Translations under genes and position numbers: made by a program
The notes under the pieces: model-generated
What the model saw: the letters and a program-made list of their open reading frames with translations, nothing else
Told to the model about the DNA's origin: nothing
Databases searched by the model: none
Assembly (NCBI GenBank): GCA_963813715.1
Contig: CAWFAK010000013.1
Span: 64,001-128,000 of the forward strand
Length of the DNA: 64,000 nucleotides
Direction of reading: 5' to 3'
DNA from: an uncultured Planctomycetaceae bacterium
Lineage (GTDB): Bacteria; Planctomycetota; Planctomycetia; Planctomycetales; Planctomycetaceae
Shown: positions 52,831 through 63,831 of the stretch, one piece after another
How positions within the stretch are numbered: the first letter of the stretch is position 1
How the letters are laid out: every line of letters begins with the position of its first letter

Positions 52831-54030
52831 TCAAAAGTGTTTGGCGAGCCGGTCGACAATCAGGCGGCCAATGTTGAGCGAGGCGGTGGCGGCCGGGCTG
52901 GGGGCGTTGAGCACGTTGACGATGCGGTCGTTCTCGACAATCGAAAAGTCGTCGACGAGGCTGCCGTCCGGCGCCAAAGCCTGGGCACGCACACCCGCCG
53001 GCGCGGTGTGCATATGCTCGGAGCGGATGTCGGGGATCAACCGCGTGAGCGCCTTCACGAAGGCTCCCTTGCTGATCGAACGCCAGAGTTCGCCCATCCC
53101 CATCCGCCAGTTGCGCGAGGCCAGTCGCAAGAAGCCCGGATAGGTGAGTGATTCGGCCAGGTCATGCAGGTTGATGTCGCTGAGGTGATAGCCTTCCCGC
53201 GCGAAAGCCAGCACCGCGTTCGGGCCGCACTCGACGCCGCCGAGCGCCATCCGCGTGAAGTGCACGCCCAAAAAGGGAAAGTCGGGATCAGGAACCGGGT
53301 AGATCAAGTTGCGGCAAAACTTTTCTGCCGCGGGAACCAGCTCGTAATATTCGCCGCGAAACGGGACGATCTTGGCCGGCGGCGTCATTCCGCCCAGGGC
53401 CGTCACCCGGTCGGCAAACAGCCCCGTGCAGTTGACCACCAGTTTCGCCACGACTTCGCCCGCCGTGCTCACGAGCCGCGTGCGATCGCCCTCGCCACGA
53501 ATGGCCGTCACCCGGGCGTTCGTCACGATTTTTCCGCCGGCCTGCTCGATCCGGGCGGCCAGCTTCGCGCAGACGCCCCGGTAGTCGACGATGCCCGCGT
53601 CGGGGACGTGGATCGCGCGGATGCCGGCCGAGTAAGGTTCCAGCTCGTGTAGCCGTTCGCGGCCGATGATTTCGCAGGTCACGCCGTTGGCCTGTCCGCG
53701 CTCGTAAATCCGTTCGAGTGCCGGCAGCTCTTTTTCGTCGACGGCGACGATCACCTTGCCGCAAATTTCGTGGGCGACGCCCTCTTGCTGGCAGAACTCG
53801 ATCAGGGCCTTGCGACCGTCGCGGCAGTTGACCGCCTTGAGCGAGCCGGGCTTATAGTAAATGCCCGAGTGAATCACGCCCGAGTTGCGGCCCGTCTGGT
53901 GCGCGGCGAGGGCGGCCTCTTTTTCGAGCACGACGACTTTTTTGCCGGGATCGAGCCGGCCGAGCTGATAGCCGGTCGCCAGGCCGACGATGCCGCCGCC
54001 GATAATTGCGACGTCGCACTCGGTGGTCAC
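52831..54030 (-). CDS. lhgO: L-2-hydroxyglutarate oxidase (FAD-dependent)
   Basis: [67 protein letters not shown] start overlaps the lpdA stop. Confidence 0.92.
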   Translation of the reverse strand: MTTECDVAIIGGGIVGLATGYQLGRLDPGKKVVVLEKEAALAAHQTGRNSGVIHSGIYYKPGSLKAVNCRDGRKALIEFCQQEGVAHEICGKVIVAVDEKELPALERIYERGQANGVTCEIIGRERLHELEPYSAGIRAIHVPDAGIVDYRGVCAKLAARIEQAGGKIVTNARVTAIRGEGDRTRLVSTAGEVVAKLVVNCTGLFADRVTALGGMTPPAKIVPFRGEYYELVPAAEKFCRNLIYPVPDPDFPFLGVHFTRMALGGVECGPNAVLAFAREGYHLSDINLHDLAESLTYPGFLRLASRNWRMGMGELWRSISKGAFVKALTRLIPDIRSEHMHTAPAGVRAQALAPDGSLVDDFSIVENDRIVNVLNAPSPAATASLNIGRLIVDRLAKHF

Positions 54031-55482
54031 GACCGCGCCTCGGCGCGTTTGGCCCGGTAGATGTGCGTCGCCTGGCCGAAGGCGGTTTCGGCCGCCTCCA
54101 TGATCGTTTCGCTCAACGTCGGGTGGGCGTGGATCGTTTCGGCCACGTCTCGGGCGACGCACGCCGTCTCGACGGCCAGCGTCGCCTCGGCGATCAATTC
54201 GCCGGCCCCGGCACCGACGATGCCGACGCCGAGCACGCGCTCGGTCTCGGGATCGAAGAGGATCTTGGTCAGCCCCTCGGTCCGCGAAATCGTGACGGCC
54301 CGGCCCGATGCGCCCCAGGGAAAGCGGGCAATTTTGACTTCGCGGTTGGTGTTCTTCGCTTCCGTCTCGGTCAGGCCGCACCAGGCGATTTCCGGATCGG
54401 TAAAGACGACGGCCGGAATGGCCAGGTTGTCGAACGCGGCCGGCTCGCCGGCGAGCGCCTCAATCGCGACATGCGCCTCGCGAGTGGCCTTGTGTGCGAG
54501 CATCGGTTCGCCCGCTACGTCGCCAATCGCCAGGATGTTCGGATCGGCCGTCCGCCGCTGCGGGTCGACCTTGATGAACCCTTTTTGATCGATTTCCGCG
54601 CGGGTGTTTTCCAGGCCCAGGTCGCGGCTGTTCGGCCGGCGGCCCACGGAGACCAGCACGCGGTCGAAGGTCTGCTTGGGCTCGACTCCTTCGCCCTCCA
54701 ACTCGGCGACGATGCCTTCTTTGGTCGCGGTCAGCTTGGTGACCTTGGTGTTGAGCAAGATGGCAGCGAAGAGCTTGTCGAGCCGCGTTTTGAGCGGCCG
54801 CACCAGGTCGCGGTCGGCTCCGGGGAGCAGGCCGGCCGTCATCTCCACGACCGTCACCTTCGAGCCGAGCGCTGCGTAGACCGAGCCCATTTCGAGGCCG
54901 ATGTACCCGCCGCCGACGACGAGCAATTTTCCCGGCACGTCGGGCAGGTCGAGGGCACCGGTCGAGTCCATCACCCGCGGATCTTTGATGGCGAAGATCG
55001 GCGGAATGATCGGCGAGGAACCGGTGGCGACGATGGCCTTGCCGAAGGCCAGCTTTTGCGTCGAGCCGTCCGGCTTTTTCAATTCGAGCGTGGTCGAGTC
55101 GAGAAAGCGGGCCCGCGCTTGGACCAGCTTGACGCCGCGGGCCTTGCACAATTCGCCGACGCCGCCCGTCAGCTTTTTGACGACCGATTCTTTGAACGAG
55201 CGCAGCTTGTCGATCTCGACTTTCGGCTGGGCGAAGGTGATGCCCCATTGCGTCGGCCTCGTGCGCTTCGCCCAAGAGGGCCGCGACGTGCAAGAGGGCC
55301 TTCGACGGAATGCAGCCGCGGTGCAGACACACGCCGCCGGGAATGGCTTCGTCGTTGACGAGCGTCACGTCCATTCCGCGGTCGGCCGCGTCGAACGCCG
55401 CCGGATAGCCGCCCGGCCCGCCGCCGATTACCACCAGCTCGGCGCGAGCGCCGGAATCTGCTTGATCACCATCGCCCGGCAT
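54027..55482 (-). CDS. lpdA: Dihydrolipoamide dehydrogenase E3 (frameshift near 55243)
   Basis: [37 protein letters not shown]. Confidence 0.95.
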
Positions 55483-55610
55483 GTTGAGTCTCTTTAGAAG
55501 TCGAACAAGGCTTTGGTCCGCGGTCACGGATCGGATCCCCGATCGCCGGAGGAGTTTTCGCTAAAACTCGACGCGGCATCTGCACCACCGACGGACCGGC
55601 CGGCGGCCGC

Positions 55611-57049
55611 TCACAGCTCGATCAGGAGCTTGAACGGATCGGACAGGATGCCGGCCAGCTTGACGATGAAGCGGGCCGCGTCGGCGCCGTTAATGATCCG
55701 ATGGTCGTAGGAGAGCGACAAGGGCAGCATCAGCCGCTCGACCACCTTGCCATCCATGAGCTTGAGCGTCTTTTGCGTCCGCGACATGCCGAGGATGGCC
55801 GCTTCCGGATAATTGACGATCGGCGTGAAGGCCGTGCCGCCGATGCCGCCCAGATTCGTGATGGTAAACGTGCCGCCCTGCATGTCGGCCAGGTCGAGCT
55901 TGCGTTCGCGGGCCTTGGCCGCCAGCACGCCGAGCTCTTGCGCGATCACCAACACCGTTTTGCGGTCGGCATCGGGAATGACGGGGACCAAGAGGCCAAA
56001 ATCGGTGTCGACCGCCACGCCGATGTGGAAGTAGTGCTTGACGATCAATTCGCCGGCCGCCATGTCGATCGTCGAATTGAAGTGGGGGAACGCCTTGAGG
56101 GCGCCGACGACCGCCTTCACCATGATCGAGGTCATGGTGACCTTGGGAGCGTTGTGGCCGATGTTCTTGACGTAGCTCTGCCGGGCCTCTTCCAGCTCGG
56201 TGACGTCGGCCAGCTCGTGCTGGGTGACGTGCGGCACGCTTTGCCAGGCGACCGTCAAGTTGGCCGCACTCACGCGGCCCAGCTTGTTGATGGCCACCCG
56301 CTCGATCGCGCCAAAGCGATCGAAAGGAGGCAGTGTGACGCCCGCGCCCGGCGGACCGGCCTGCACCGCGCGGCCTGTGGTGAGGGAGCGGACGAACGAT
56401 TGCACGTCGTCGCTGGTGACGCGGCCGCCAGGACCCGTTCCCGAAACCCGATGCAGATCGACGCCCAGCTCGCGGGCCAACCGCCGCGTGGCGGGGCCGG
56501 CGGGCACGGGAGCACCGGAATCGTGTCCGTTGCCGGAAACCTCGCTGCGCCCCGGCGCGGCGTAGGGAGTCGCCGGCTCGCTGGCGGCAGCCACAGTGGT
56601 AGGAGCTGCGCGGGCGGCTGCGGTGCGGGCCTGACAGGCGCGGCACCAGTCGGTTGCTTCGGGGCGGGTGCCGCCGCTGATTGAGTCGCCGGGGCCTTGT
56701 CGGGCTCGGCCTTGGCCGGCGCAGTCTTGGCCGCCTCAGTTTTAGCGGGGGCGGGTGCGGCGCTTTTGGCCGCGGGCTGGGCCGGTGCGGATCCGCCTTC
56801 GGCTGCAGCAGCCGATTCGTTGATCGTCAGCAGGGGCTGGCCGATCTTCACGGTCTGGCCCTGCTTGACGAGGATCTTCTCGACCCGGCCGGCTTGCGGC
56901 GAAGGAATCTCCGCGACGGCTTTTTCGGTCTCGACCTCCAGCACGATCTGGCCGGCCTGGATCATGTCCCCTTCGTGGACGTGAACTGCGGCGATGTCGG
57001 CGGATTCAACGCCTTCGGAGATCAGCGGTAGCTTGAATTCAGTGGTCAT
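55611..57049 (-). CDS. aceF: Pyruvate dehydrogenase E2 acetyltransferase with a single lipoyl domain (frameshift near 56600)
   Basis: Lipoyl motif EVETEKA, E3-binding AGPATRRLARELGVDL, catalytic SYDHRIING. Confidence 0.93.
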
Positions 57050-57179
57050 GTTGCCCAAAGACCGCGTACCGAGGGTGATCGTCGCGTGCGCCACCAGGCG
57101 CAAACGCCAAGCGAGCCACCCATCGAGCCCGGCATTCGTCCGGGCCCTGACCCACGCGAAGGGGACAGGAAAATCGACT

Positions 57180-59896
57180 CTACGCGATCGCCGGGTCGAC
57201 TTTGTCCGGATCGAGGCCGAGGTCCGTGACCGCTTTGGCGAGCTTCTTCTTATCAAACTGACCGGCCTCGGACAACGCGGAGAGCGTCGCGTAGACCGTA
57301 TGCTCGGCATCGATCTCGAAGTGCCGTCGCAGCGCGGACCGCGTATCGCTGCGGCCGAATCCGTCCGTTCCCAGCGTAACATAATCACCGGGCACCCAGG
57401 GGCGAATCTGGTCGGCCACGAGCCGCACGTTGTCGCTCACCGCGATGAACGGGCCGCTCACGCCTTTGAGCACCTGCTCCAGGTAGCTTTGGCGCGGCTC
57501 TTCCTTGGAATGCAGCCGGTTCCAACGCTCGCAAGCGCGGGCGTCGCGGAACAGCTCGCTATAGCTGGTGACGCTCCAAACGTCGCTGCTGACGCCGAAC
57601 TGCTCGGCCAGCATCTTTTGGGCACGGCACGCTTCGTTCAAGAGCGGACCGCTGCCGAAGAGTTGCGGGCGCACACCGGTCGTCTTGCTCGCCTCTCCGC
57701 CGGACAACTTATAGATGCCCTTGAGAATGCCCTCCTGGCAGCCCTCGGGCATTTCGGGCATCGCGTAGTTTTCGTTATAGACGCTGATGTAGTAGAAGCC
57801 GTCTTCGTTCTCGTGGCACATCCGCCGCAGGCCGTCCTGAATGATCACGGTCAGCTCGTAGGCGTAGGCCGGATCGTAGGCGCGAATGGTCGGCACGGAC
57901 GTGGCGATCAGCAGGCTGTGCCCGTCCTGGTGCTGCAGCCCTTCGCCGTTGAGCGTCGTGCGGCCCGACGTTCCGCCCAGCAGGAAGCCGCGAGTTCGCG
58001 CGTCGGCGGCGAGCCAGAACAGGTCGCCCACCCGCTGGAAGCCGAACATCGAGTAATAGATGAAGAACGGGATCATGTACGTCCCAAGGGTGGAGTACGC
58101 GGTGCCTGCCGCGATGAACGAAGACGTGGCTCCCGCTTCGTTGATTCCCTCCTCGAGGATTTGGCCGTTCTTGGCCTCCTTGTAGTACATGATGGTGCCG
58201 GCATCGACCGGGTCGTAGAGCTGGCCTTTGCTCGAATAGATGCCGCACTGGGCGAAGAGCCCCTCGACGCCGAAGGTCCGCGCCTCGTCGGGAATGATCG
58301 GGACGACGCGCTTGCCGATATTCTTGTCCTTGAGCAGCTGGCTCAAGAGCGCGCCGAAGGCCATCGTGGTCGAGGCTTCGCGCCCGCCGCTGCCTTTGAG
58401 CGTCTTCTCGAAGGCCGAGAGGGGCGGCGTATCCAACCGCTCGAGCGCACCGTGCCGCACCGGGAGCGAACCGCCCAGCGCCTTGCGCCGCGCGATGAGG
58501 TACTGGAACTCTTCGCTGTCCTCGGGGAAGCGATAGAAGGGCGCGTCCTTCAGCTCGTCGTCGCCGATCGGAATGGCGAAGCGGCTGCGGAAGGCCCGCA
58601 TCTCTTCGCTGTCGAGCTTCTTTTCCTGGTGCGTCGTGTTGCGGCCCTCGCCGGCTTCGCCCAGGCCGTAACCCTTGATCGTCTTGGCGAGGATTACCGT
58701 GGGCGAACCCTCGTGATGCACGGCCGCATGATAAGCGGCGAATACCTTCCGCGGATCGTGCCCGCCGCGGCGCATCTTCTGCAGCTGCTCGTCGCTCAGC
58801 TGCTCGGCCATCGCCAACAGCTCGGGCGAGACGCCGAAGAAGTGCTCGCGAATGTACGCGCCCGATTCGACGCTGTATTTCTGATACTGGCCGTCGACGA
58901 CTTCGCCCATGCGTTTGACGAGCCGGCCGTCGGTGTCGGCCGCGAGCAGCGGATCCCAGTCCGTGCCCCAAATCACCTTGAGGCAGTTCCAGCCGGCGCC
59001 GCGGAAGGCGGCTTCCAGCTCCTGGATGATCTTGGCGTTGCCGCGCACCGGCCCGTCGAGCCGCTGCAGGTTGCAATTGACGACGAAGATCAAATTGTCG
59101 AGCGATTCGCGCGAGGCGAGGGTCAGCGCGCCGAGCGATTCAGGCTCGTCGCATTCGCCGTCGCCCATAAAGCACCAGACCTTCGACTGGCTCGTGTCGA
59201 CGATGCCCCGATCGCGCAGGTACGCGCAAGAAGCGGGCCTGGTAAATCGCTGTGATCGGCCCGAGCCCCATCGAGACGGTGGGGAACTGCCAGAAGTTGG
59301 GCATCAGCCACGGGTGCGGGTAGGACGAGAGCCCCTTGCCGGGCCGCAGCGTCTCGCGGCGAAACGCCTCGAGGTCTTGTTCGGTCAGGCGGCCTTCGAC
59401 AAAGGCCCGCGCATACATGCCGGGCGAGGCGTGCCCCTGAAAATAAATGAAGTCGCCCGTGTGCTCGGCCGACGGCGCGTGGAAGAAGTGGTTCATGCCC
59501 ACTTCGTAGAGCGTGGCCGACGAGGCGAAGGTGGAGATGTGGCCGCCGACGCCCGGGTACTTGGTGTTGGCCCGGGAGACCATGGCCATCGCATTCCAGC
59601 GAATGATCGACTTGATCCGCCGCTCGATTTCGATGTTGCCCGGGAAAGCGGGGCTGCTGGTCGGCGGAGATTGTGTTGACGTACGGGGTGTTGGCGGTGA
59701 ACGGCAGCGTCACGCCGCGGAGGTAGGCCCGCTCTTGCAGGTTGACGAGCAGCTCTTGGAGTCGTTGCGGCCCATAGCGGACCAGCACGTCGTCCAAGGA
59801 CTCGAACCACTCTTCCAGTTCTTCCGGGGCGATCCCCGAGACGTCGTTGGGGACCAGGTTACGGCCCACCATCCGCAAAACGTTTGTTGTTGCCAT
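57180..59896 (-). CDS. aceE: Pyruvate dehydrogenase E1, homodimeric type (frameshifts near 59640 and 59225)
   Basis: [29 protein letters not shown] motif GDGECDEPE...[26 protein letters not shown]. Confidence 0.96.
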
Positions 59897-60155
59897 CGTG
59901 CTCGTGTCCGAAGGGCCGTTGCGGTTAGTCCGTGTGCAACGCCAACTCGTGCTGTGCGTTCAAGATGAGCGCCCCGCCCGACCTCGTGTCCGCATGGCGG
60001 CGCATCCCGGAACTTATCGAAAAACTGCCCTACGTGGCAAGCGCGACCTTGTACACACCGCAGCCCACCGAGGCCGTTTTCCAACCGCTTCTCGAGGGCT
60101 CCCGCACGAACGCAAAGCGAATCGCGCGAGCCGGTTACCGATTGTGCGGCATCCA

Positions 60156-60460
60156 ATTATAGCGACTGGCCGCAATCACCACCGCTGTCGGGATGTTAAT
60201 CCTCCGCGAGGTTGAAGCGCGAGTGTAGAGAATGCGAGCCCGCCGACGGTGAGCCGCCACGTGCAAACCACGTGTCGCGGACACTCAGGCGCCGTCCACC
60301 TGCCGCGTTGCCCGTCAGTGGCCGACCGCGAACGATCGCCGGGAGGTCGAGCCGTGCGAGAAATGCGACAGCGCGCATTCGCCTCACGTCATGACTTCGA
60401 GTTTCGTGCGGCGCGCGGCGACTCAGCTTCTTCCGCCGCCTCGAAGGGCACCGCTATAAT
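60156..60460. promoter_or_regulatory. Divergent -10 elements for aceE and the downstream + strand gene
   Basis: CGCTATAAT on the minus strand (TATAAT at 60156-60161) and on the plus strand (TATAAT at 60455-60460); no clear -35 boxes. Confidence 0.5.
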
Positions 60461-60516
60461 GGCGGCTGCTCGCACGATCCTGCGGCATCACGAACTCGTG
60501 ACCATGCGGATAATCC

Positions 60517-61059
60517 ATGAGCGTCGGTTTCGTCAGACCCAACAGTTCTCAGTTGATGCTGCACGTCTATGGACGTTCGGTGCATCCGGAGCTGTTCCGC
60601 ACCTTTGCCGAGACCGAAATTGCGGCCGATCAGTACGCGGCGACGCTACGGATCAGCGACACGGGGCACTCGATCACCTTCCGCTACAAAGGACACACGG
60701 TCACTGAGCTGACCGCGAGCCGTGATCAACTGTTGCCGCAAAAAAAGCGGCTGCTGGAAAAATCACTCCGGGGCTGCCGCGACGAAACGGTGCAGTTCGA
60801 TGGTGGTCTGCGGTACAGCTTGAGCTATCAGATGGAGCGGCTCGAACCAATCGTGTTTCTGAACTTCCACGAAGAGCTGTCAGCCGATTGCAAGCGAGCA
60901 GCGGTCCATTACCGCTTTCCGACCGAGAACCGGCTGTCGCCCGAGCCGCTGAGCCTGCTGCGGACCGATTCTGGACCGCGCAGCCTGCTGATCCATGCGT
61001 TCCACACGTTCCCGGAAAGCTGCAGCGTGCTGAAGACGCAGTCGCTGTTCGAGCTCTAG
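60517..61059 (+). CDS. DUF2617-like hypothetical protein
   Basis: YGRSVHPELF at the N-terminus and FHTFPESCSVLKTQSLFE at the C-terminus. Confidence 0.75.
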   Translation: MSVGFVRPNSSQLMLHVYGRSVHPELFRTFAETEIAADQYAATLRISDTGHSITFRYKGHTVTELTASRDQLLPQKKRLLEKSLRGCRDETVQFDGGLRYSLSYQMERLEPIVFLNFHEELSADCKRAAVHYRFPTENRLSPEPLSLLRTDSGPRSLLIHAFHTFPESCSVLKTQSLFEL

Positions 61060-61173
61060 AAGCGGCTCGGCGAACGAGCTTTCCGCAGGGTTGTGAGGAC
61101 CGCTTTACGCCGCTACGGATTTCTTGGATGGAATCAGCGCGCGGACAACAATTAGCCGCTTTGGGGCAGGATA

Positions 61174-61189
61174 TGGCGCATGCTTTGCA
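61174..61189 (+). promoter_or_regulatory. Putative sigma54 -24/-12 promoter
   Basis: TGGCGCA-TGCT-TTGCA with GG-N10-GC spacing, about 200 nt upstream of the gene at 61391. Confidence 0.55.
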
Positions 61190-61390
61190 AAACTTTCTCT
61201 CGTTCACACGACTCGGCTCGGCACCAACGCTGAGCGAGTTTGGAAAAAGGAATTGCTAACGCGGTTCACCCTCCTGAAAGCGTTGGCCGCGTGTTGGCTG
61301 ATTCTAAATTTGGGGCTCGTTAAGAGCGGGGGCCGGAGCGGTTGATTTCGACTGGGCCGCTGACCCCTCTAAGACGAAGGGGGAACAACA

Positions 61391-61822
61391 ATGTTCTCGA
61401 AACGACTTTTGATGGTGGCGGCGGCCCTGCTGACGGCCGGTTCTGTGATGTTCAGCGAAATGGGCGCGAATGTCGCCTCGGCACGTGGTGGCCGCGGGGG
61501 CGGCGGTTATCGCGGCGGAGCCGGCTATCGCGGCGGTTATGGCGGCTATCGCGGGGGCGGCTGGGGTGGTCGAGGTTACTACGGCGGCCGCGGTTACGGC
61601 TACGGCGGCTGGGGGTACGGCCTGGGTCTCGGCCTCGGGGCAGGCCTCGCTTACCCGTACTACGGCGGATATTACGGCTACCCGTCCTACGGGTACGGCT
61701 ATAGCTATCCGTCTTATTACAACTACGGCTACCCGGCCTATAATTACAGCTATCCGTACACGACGGGTTACGGTCCCACGTACGACTACGGGACCACCTA
61801 CGGTTACGGGACGGTGTACTAA
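61391..61822 (+). CDS. Secreted Gly/Arg/Tyr-rich low-complexity protein 1
   Basis: Signal peptide ending NVASA; RGG/GYRGG block, hydrophobic GLGLGLG core, Tyr-rich tail. Confidence 0.85.
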   Translation: MFSKRLLMVAAALLTAGSVMFSEMGANVASARGGRGGGGYRGGAGYRGGYGGYRGGGWGGRGYYGGRGYGYGGWGYGLGLGLGAGLAYPYYGGYYGYPSYGYGYSYPSYYNYGYPAYNYSYPYTTGYGPTYDYGTTYGYGTVY

Positions 61823-61884
61823 GCCGGCCCGAACACGGACGTCTTAAAGACGACTCCGGTTCGCAAATGACGAGGACTCTCAGG

Positions 61885-61941
61885 TCGACCCGTGCCTTGC
61901 CGGCGAGTGTCTCGCTGGCGGAGCACGGGTCGAGTTTTTTT
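61885..61941 (+). terminator. Long-stem rho-independent terminator
   Basis: TCGACCCGTGC...GCACGGGTCGA with an inner GCCGGCGAG/CTCGCTGGC stem, followed by T7. Confidence 0.85.
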
Positions 61942-62136
61942 GTCGCCCGCCGACCGCGGGAGATTTTTGGCGTCGCGCCGCGACGTTTCGCGCAAACTTG
62001 TTCGAGCGGCAGGCGCAAACTTGCGTGAATCGTGCGGCGGAATTCCTTGATTCTGAAACAATCGCAGGCTTATGATTTATGGTGTGAGGACGGGCGGGGC
62101 AGTTCGTCCACAGGAGTTTTTTTAGGGGGCGGAACA

Positions 62137-62868
62137 ATGAACGTTCGCAAAGGTTTGCTAGGACTGGCGGCCATCGTAATGACGGCCGGCATGATCCTCA
62201 GCGACGCAGGCGCGGGAGTCGCGCTGGCTCGCGGAGGTGGCGGCGGTGGTGGTGGACGCGGCGGTGGTGGCGGCGGACGCGGCGGCGGCGCCGGTTTCCG
62301 TGGTGGCGGTGGATTCCGTAGTGCGGGCGTGGCCCGCGGCGGCTTCGCTCGCGGCGGCTTCGCCCGAGGCGGCGCGGGCTTTCGCGGCGGCTACGGACGT
62401 GGCTGGGGTGGCTACGGTCGCGGCGGCTGGGGACGGGGCGGCTACGGTTACGGCCGCGGCTGGGGCGGACGTGGTTGGGGTTGGGGCGGACGCGGTTGGG
62501 GCTGGGGCCGAGGCTACTGGGGTGGCGGTTACGGCTGGGGCGGTTACGGTTGGCCCTGGTGGGGCGCCTACGGCTTCGGTTACCCCTACTACTGGGGCTA
62601 TCCGTCCTACGGTTACGGATACGGCTCCTACGGCTCTCCGTACTACGGCTCTTACGGCTACGACGACACGGGCTACTCCGATCCGTACTACGCCGATGCG
62701 ACGCCTTATTACGGCGGCGGCAACGGTTATTACGGCAGCGGCGTAGGCACGTATTACCCCGGTTCGTACGCCGGCAACTCGAGCGGTTACTCGTACGCGG
62801 CGCCCAGTTACTACGGCGCCCCGCAACCGGGCAACTACTCGACCGGTTACACGCCGACGGGCTATTAA
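62137..62868 (+). CDS. Secreted Gly/Arg/Tyr/Trp-rich low-complexity protein 2
   Basis: Signal peptide ending [13 protein letters not shown] and GRGWG repeats, then a Tyr-rich tail; same layout as the gene at 61391. Confidence 0.85.
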   Translation: MNVRKGLLGLAAIVMTAGMILSDAGAGVALARGGGGGGGGRGGGGGGRGGGAGFRGGGGFRSAGVARGGFARGGFARGGAGFRGGYGRGWGGYGRGGWGRGGYGYGRGWGGRGWGWGGRGWGWGRGYWGGGYGWGGYGWPWWGAYGFGYPYYWGYPSYGYGYGSYGSPYYGSYGYDDTGYSDPYYADATPYYGGGNGYYGSGVGTYYPGSYAGNSSGYSYAAPSYYGAPQPGNYSTGYTPTGY

Positions 62869-63831
62869 CCGCCCGTCCGTCGATGCTCGTGGAGCTGTCG
62901 ACGACCTGCCGACGTGAAAACTGTCTGACCTAAACTGGCCCGCATGATCGCAGGAAGGCAACTTCCGCGGTTGTGACGGGCCGCAGGTCTTTCTGGGGCC
63001 ATGCGTGCGCGGCTCTTAACCGCGCCGGTCAGCATCAAGCCCACGATCAGGTCGTACGCCGCGTGCGTCCCGACGGCGATGCCAAAGCCGCGGAGCATGA
63101 ACAAGAGCGCGAAGAAGAGCGCGGCGAACGTGCGGAAGGCGAAGCGTGAAGAGTCGGAACTGTTCCCCGGCCGGTCCCACGTAATGAGCCAGCGAGAACG
63201 CGAGGCTCGTGGCCAGCGCCGCCATAAACGCGGCCAGCCCCGGACGCACGCCGCTCGTGCGGAAAAGTCCGTGGCACATCGGCAGCAAGCACAGCCGAAA
63301 CAGGACCTCTTCGTAAATTCCCGCCCCGAGAAAGATCACGGCGAGCGCCGCCGCACGCTCGACCGGAATCGCTGCCGGCGCGGCGGGGACGGCGGAGGCG
63401 ATCGCATTGGTTGCCGCCCCAGCACCTCCCGCGGCACTCGCCTGCCACGCGCGCATGCCGTAGCTTTGCAGCTGGGCCAGCACCACGAGCACGCAGGCAA
63501 ATAGCAGGCTCTCGCAGAGCATGCCGCCCAGCGTGCCCAGCGACAGCCGCCACGGATCCTGCTGGGCGATGTGCCACACGAGCAGGCCGACAACGACCAT
63601 CGCCGGCACCAGCCACGGCCGGTTGAGCCCAAAATACTCAAGCGCGGTTCGCAGCCACGCGTCGGCCCCGCTGCGAAAGGCATCGGCGTCCTGGCCGCCG
63701 AGCCAGACCACGCCCGCCTCGTATGCCGCCAAGAGCGGAATCACGAAGATCAGGCAATTGAGCGGTCGCCGCGTCCCGCTCCAGTAGCCGGTGCCGGCCG
63801 GGGGCGGCGGGCTACCTTGCGGAGCGGACAT
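62865..63831 (-). CDS. CPBP (CAAX/Abi) family intramembrane metalloprotease (frameshift near 63135; 3' end uncertain)
   Basis: EEVLFR and FSLAHY in ORF 63016-63972; [14 protein letters not shown] in ORF 62865-63104. Confidence 0.88.

Noticed and set aside
55690..55712. E2 active site DHRIING (Asn instead of Asp)
   Set aside because: A known natural variant of E2 acetyltransferases, e.g. in Azotobacter; not novel
54027..59896. PDH genes as true pseudogenes or programmed frameshift sites
   Set aside because: All catalytic motifs are intact, no slippery heptamer with a stimulatory structure was seen, and similar indels occur across the whole window
61490..62860. GGC/TAC-rich DNA as a non-coding satellite
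   Set aside because: The periodicity is explained by Gly/Tyr/Arg codons in ORFs with signal peptides and RBSs
62865..63831. CPBP protease as a bacteriocin immunity gene for the Gly-rich peptides
   Set aside because: Only convergent adjacency supports it; the peptides have Sec-type leaders and there is no dedicated exporter or modification enzyme
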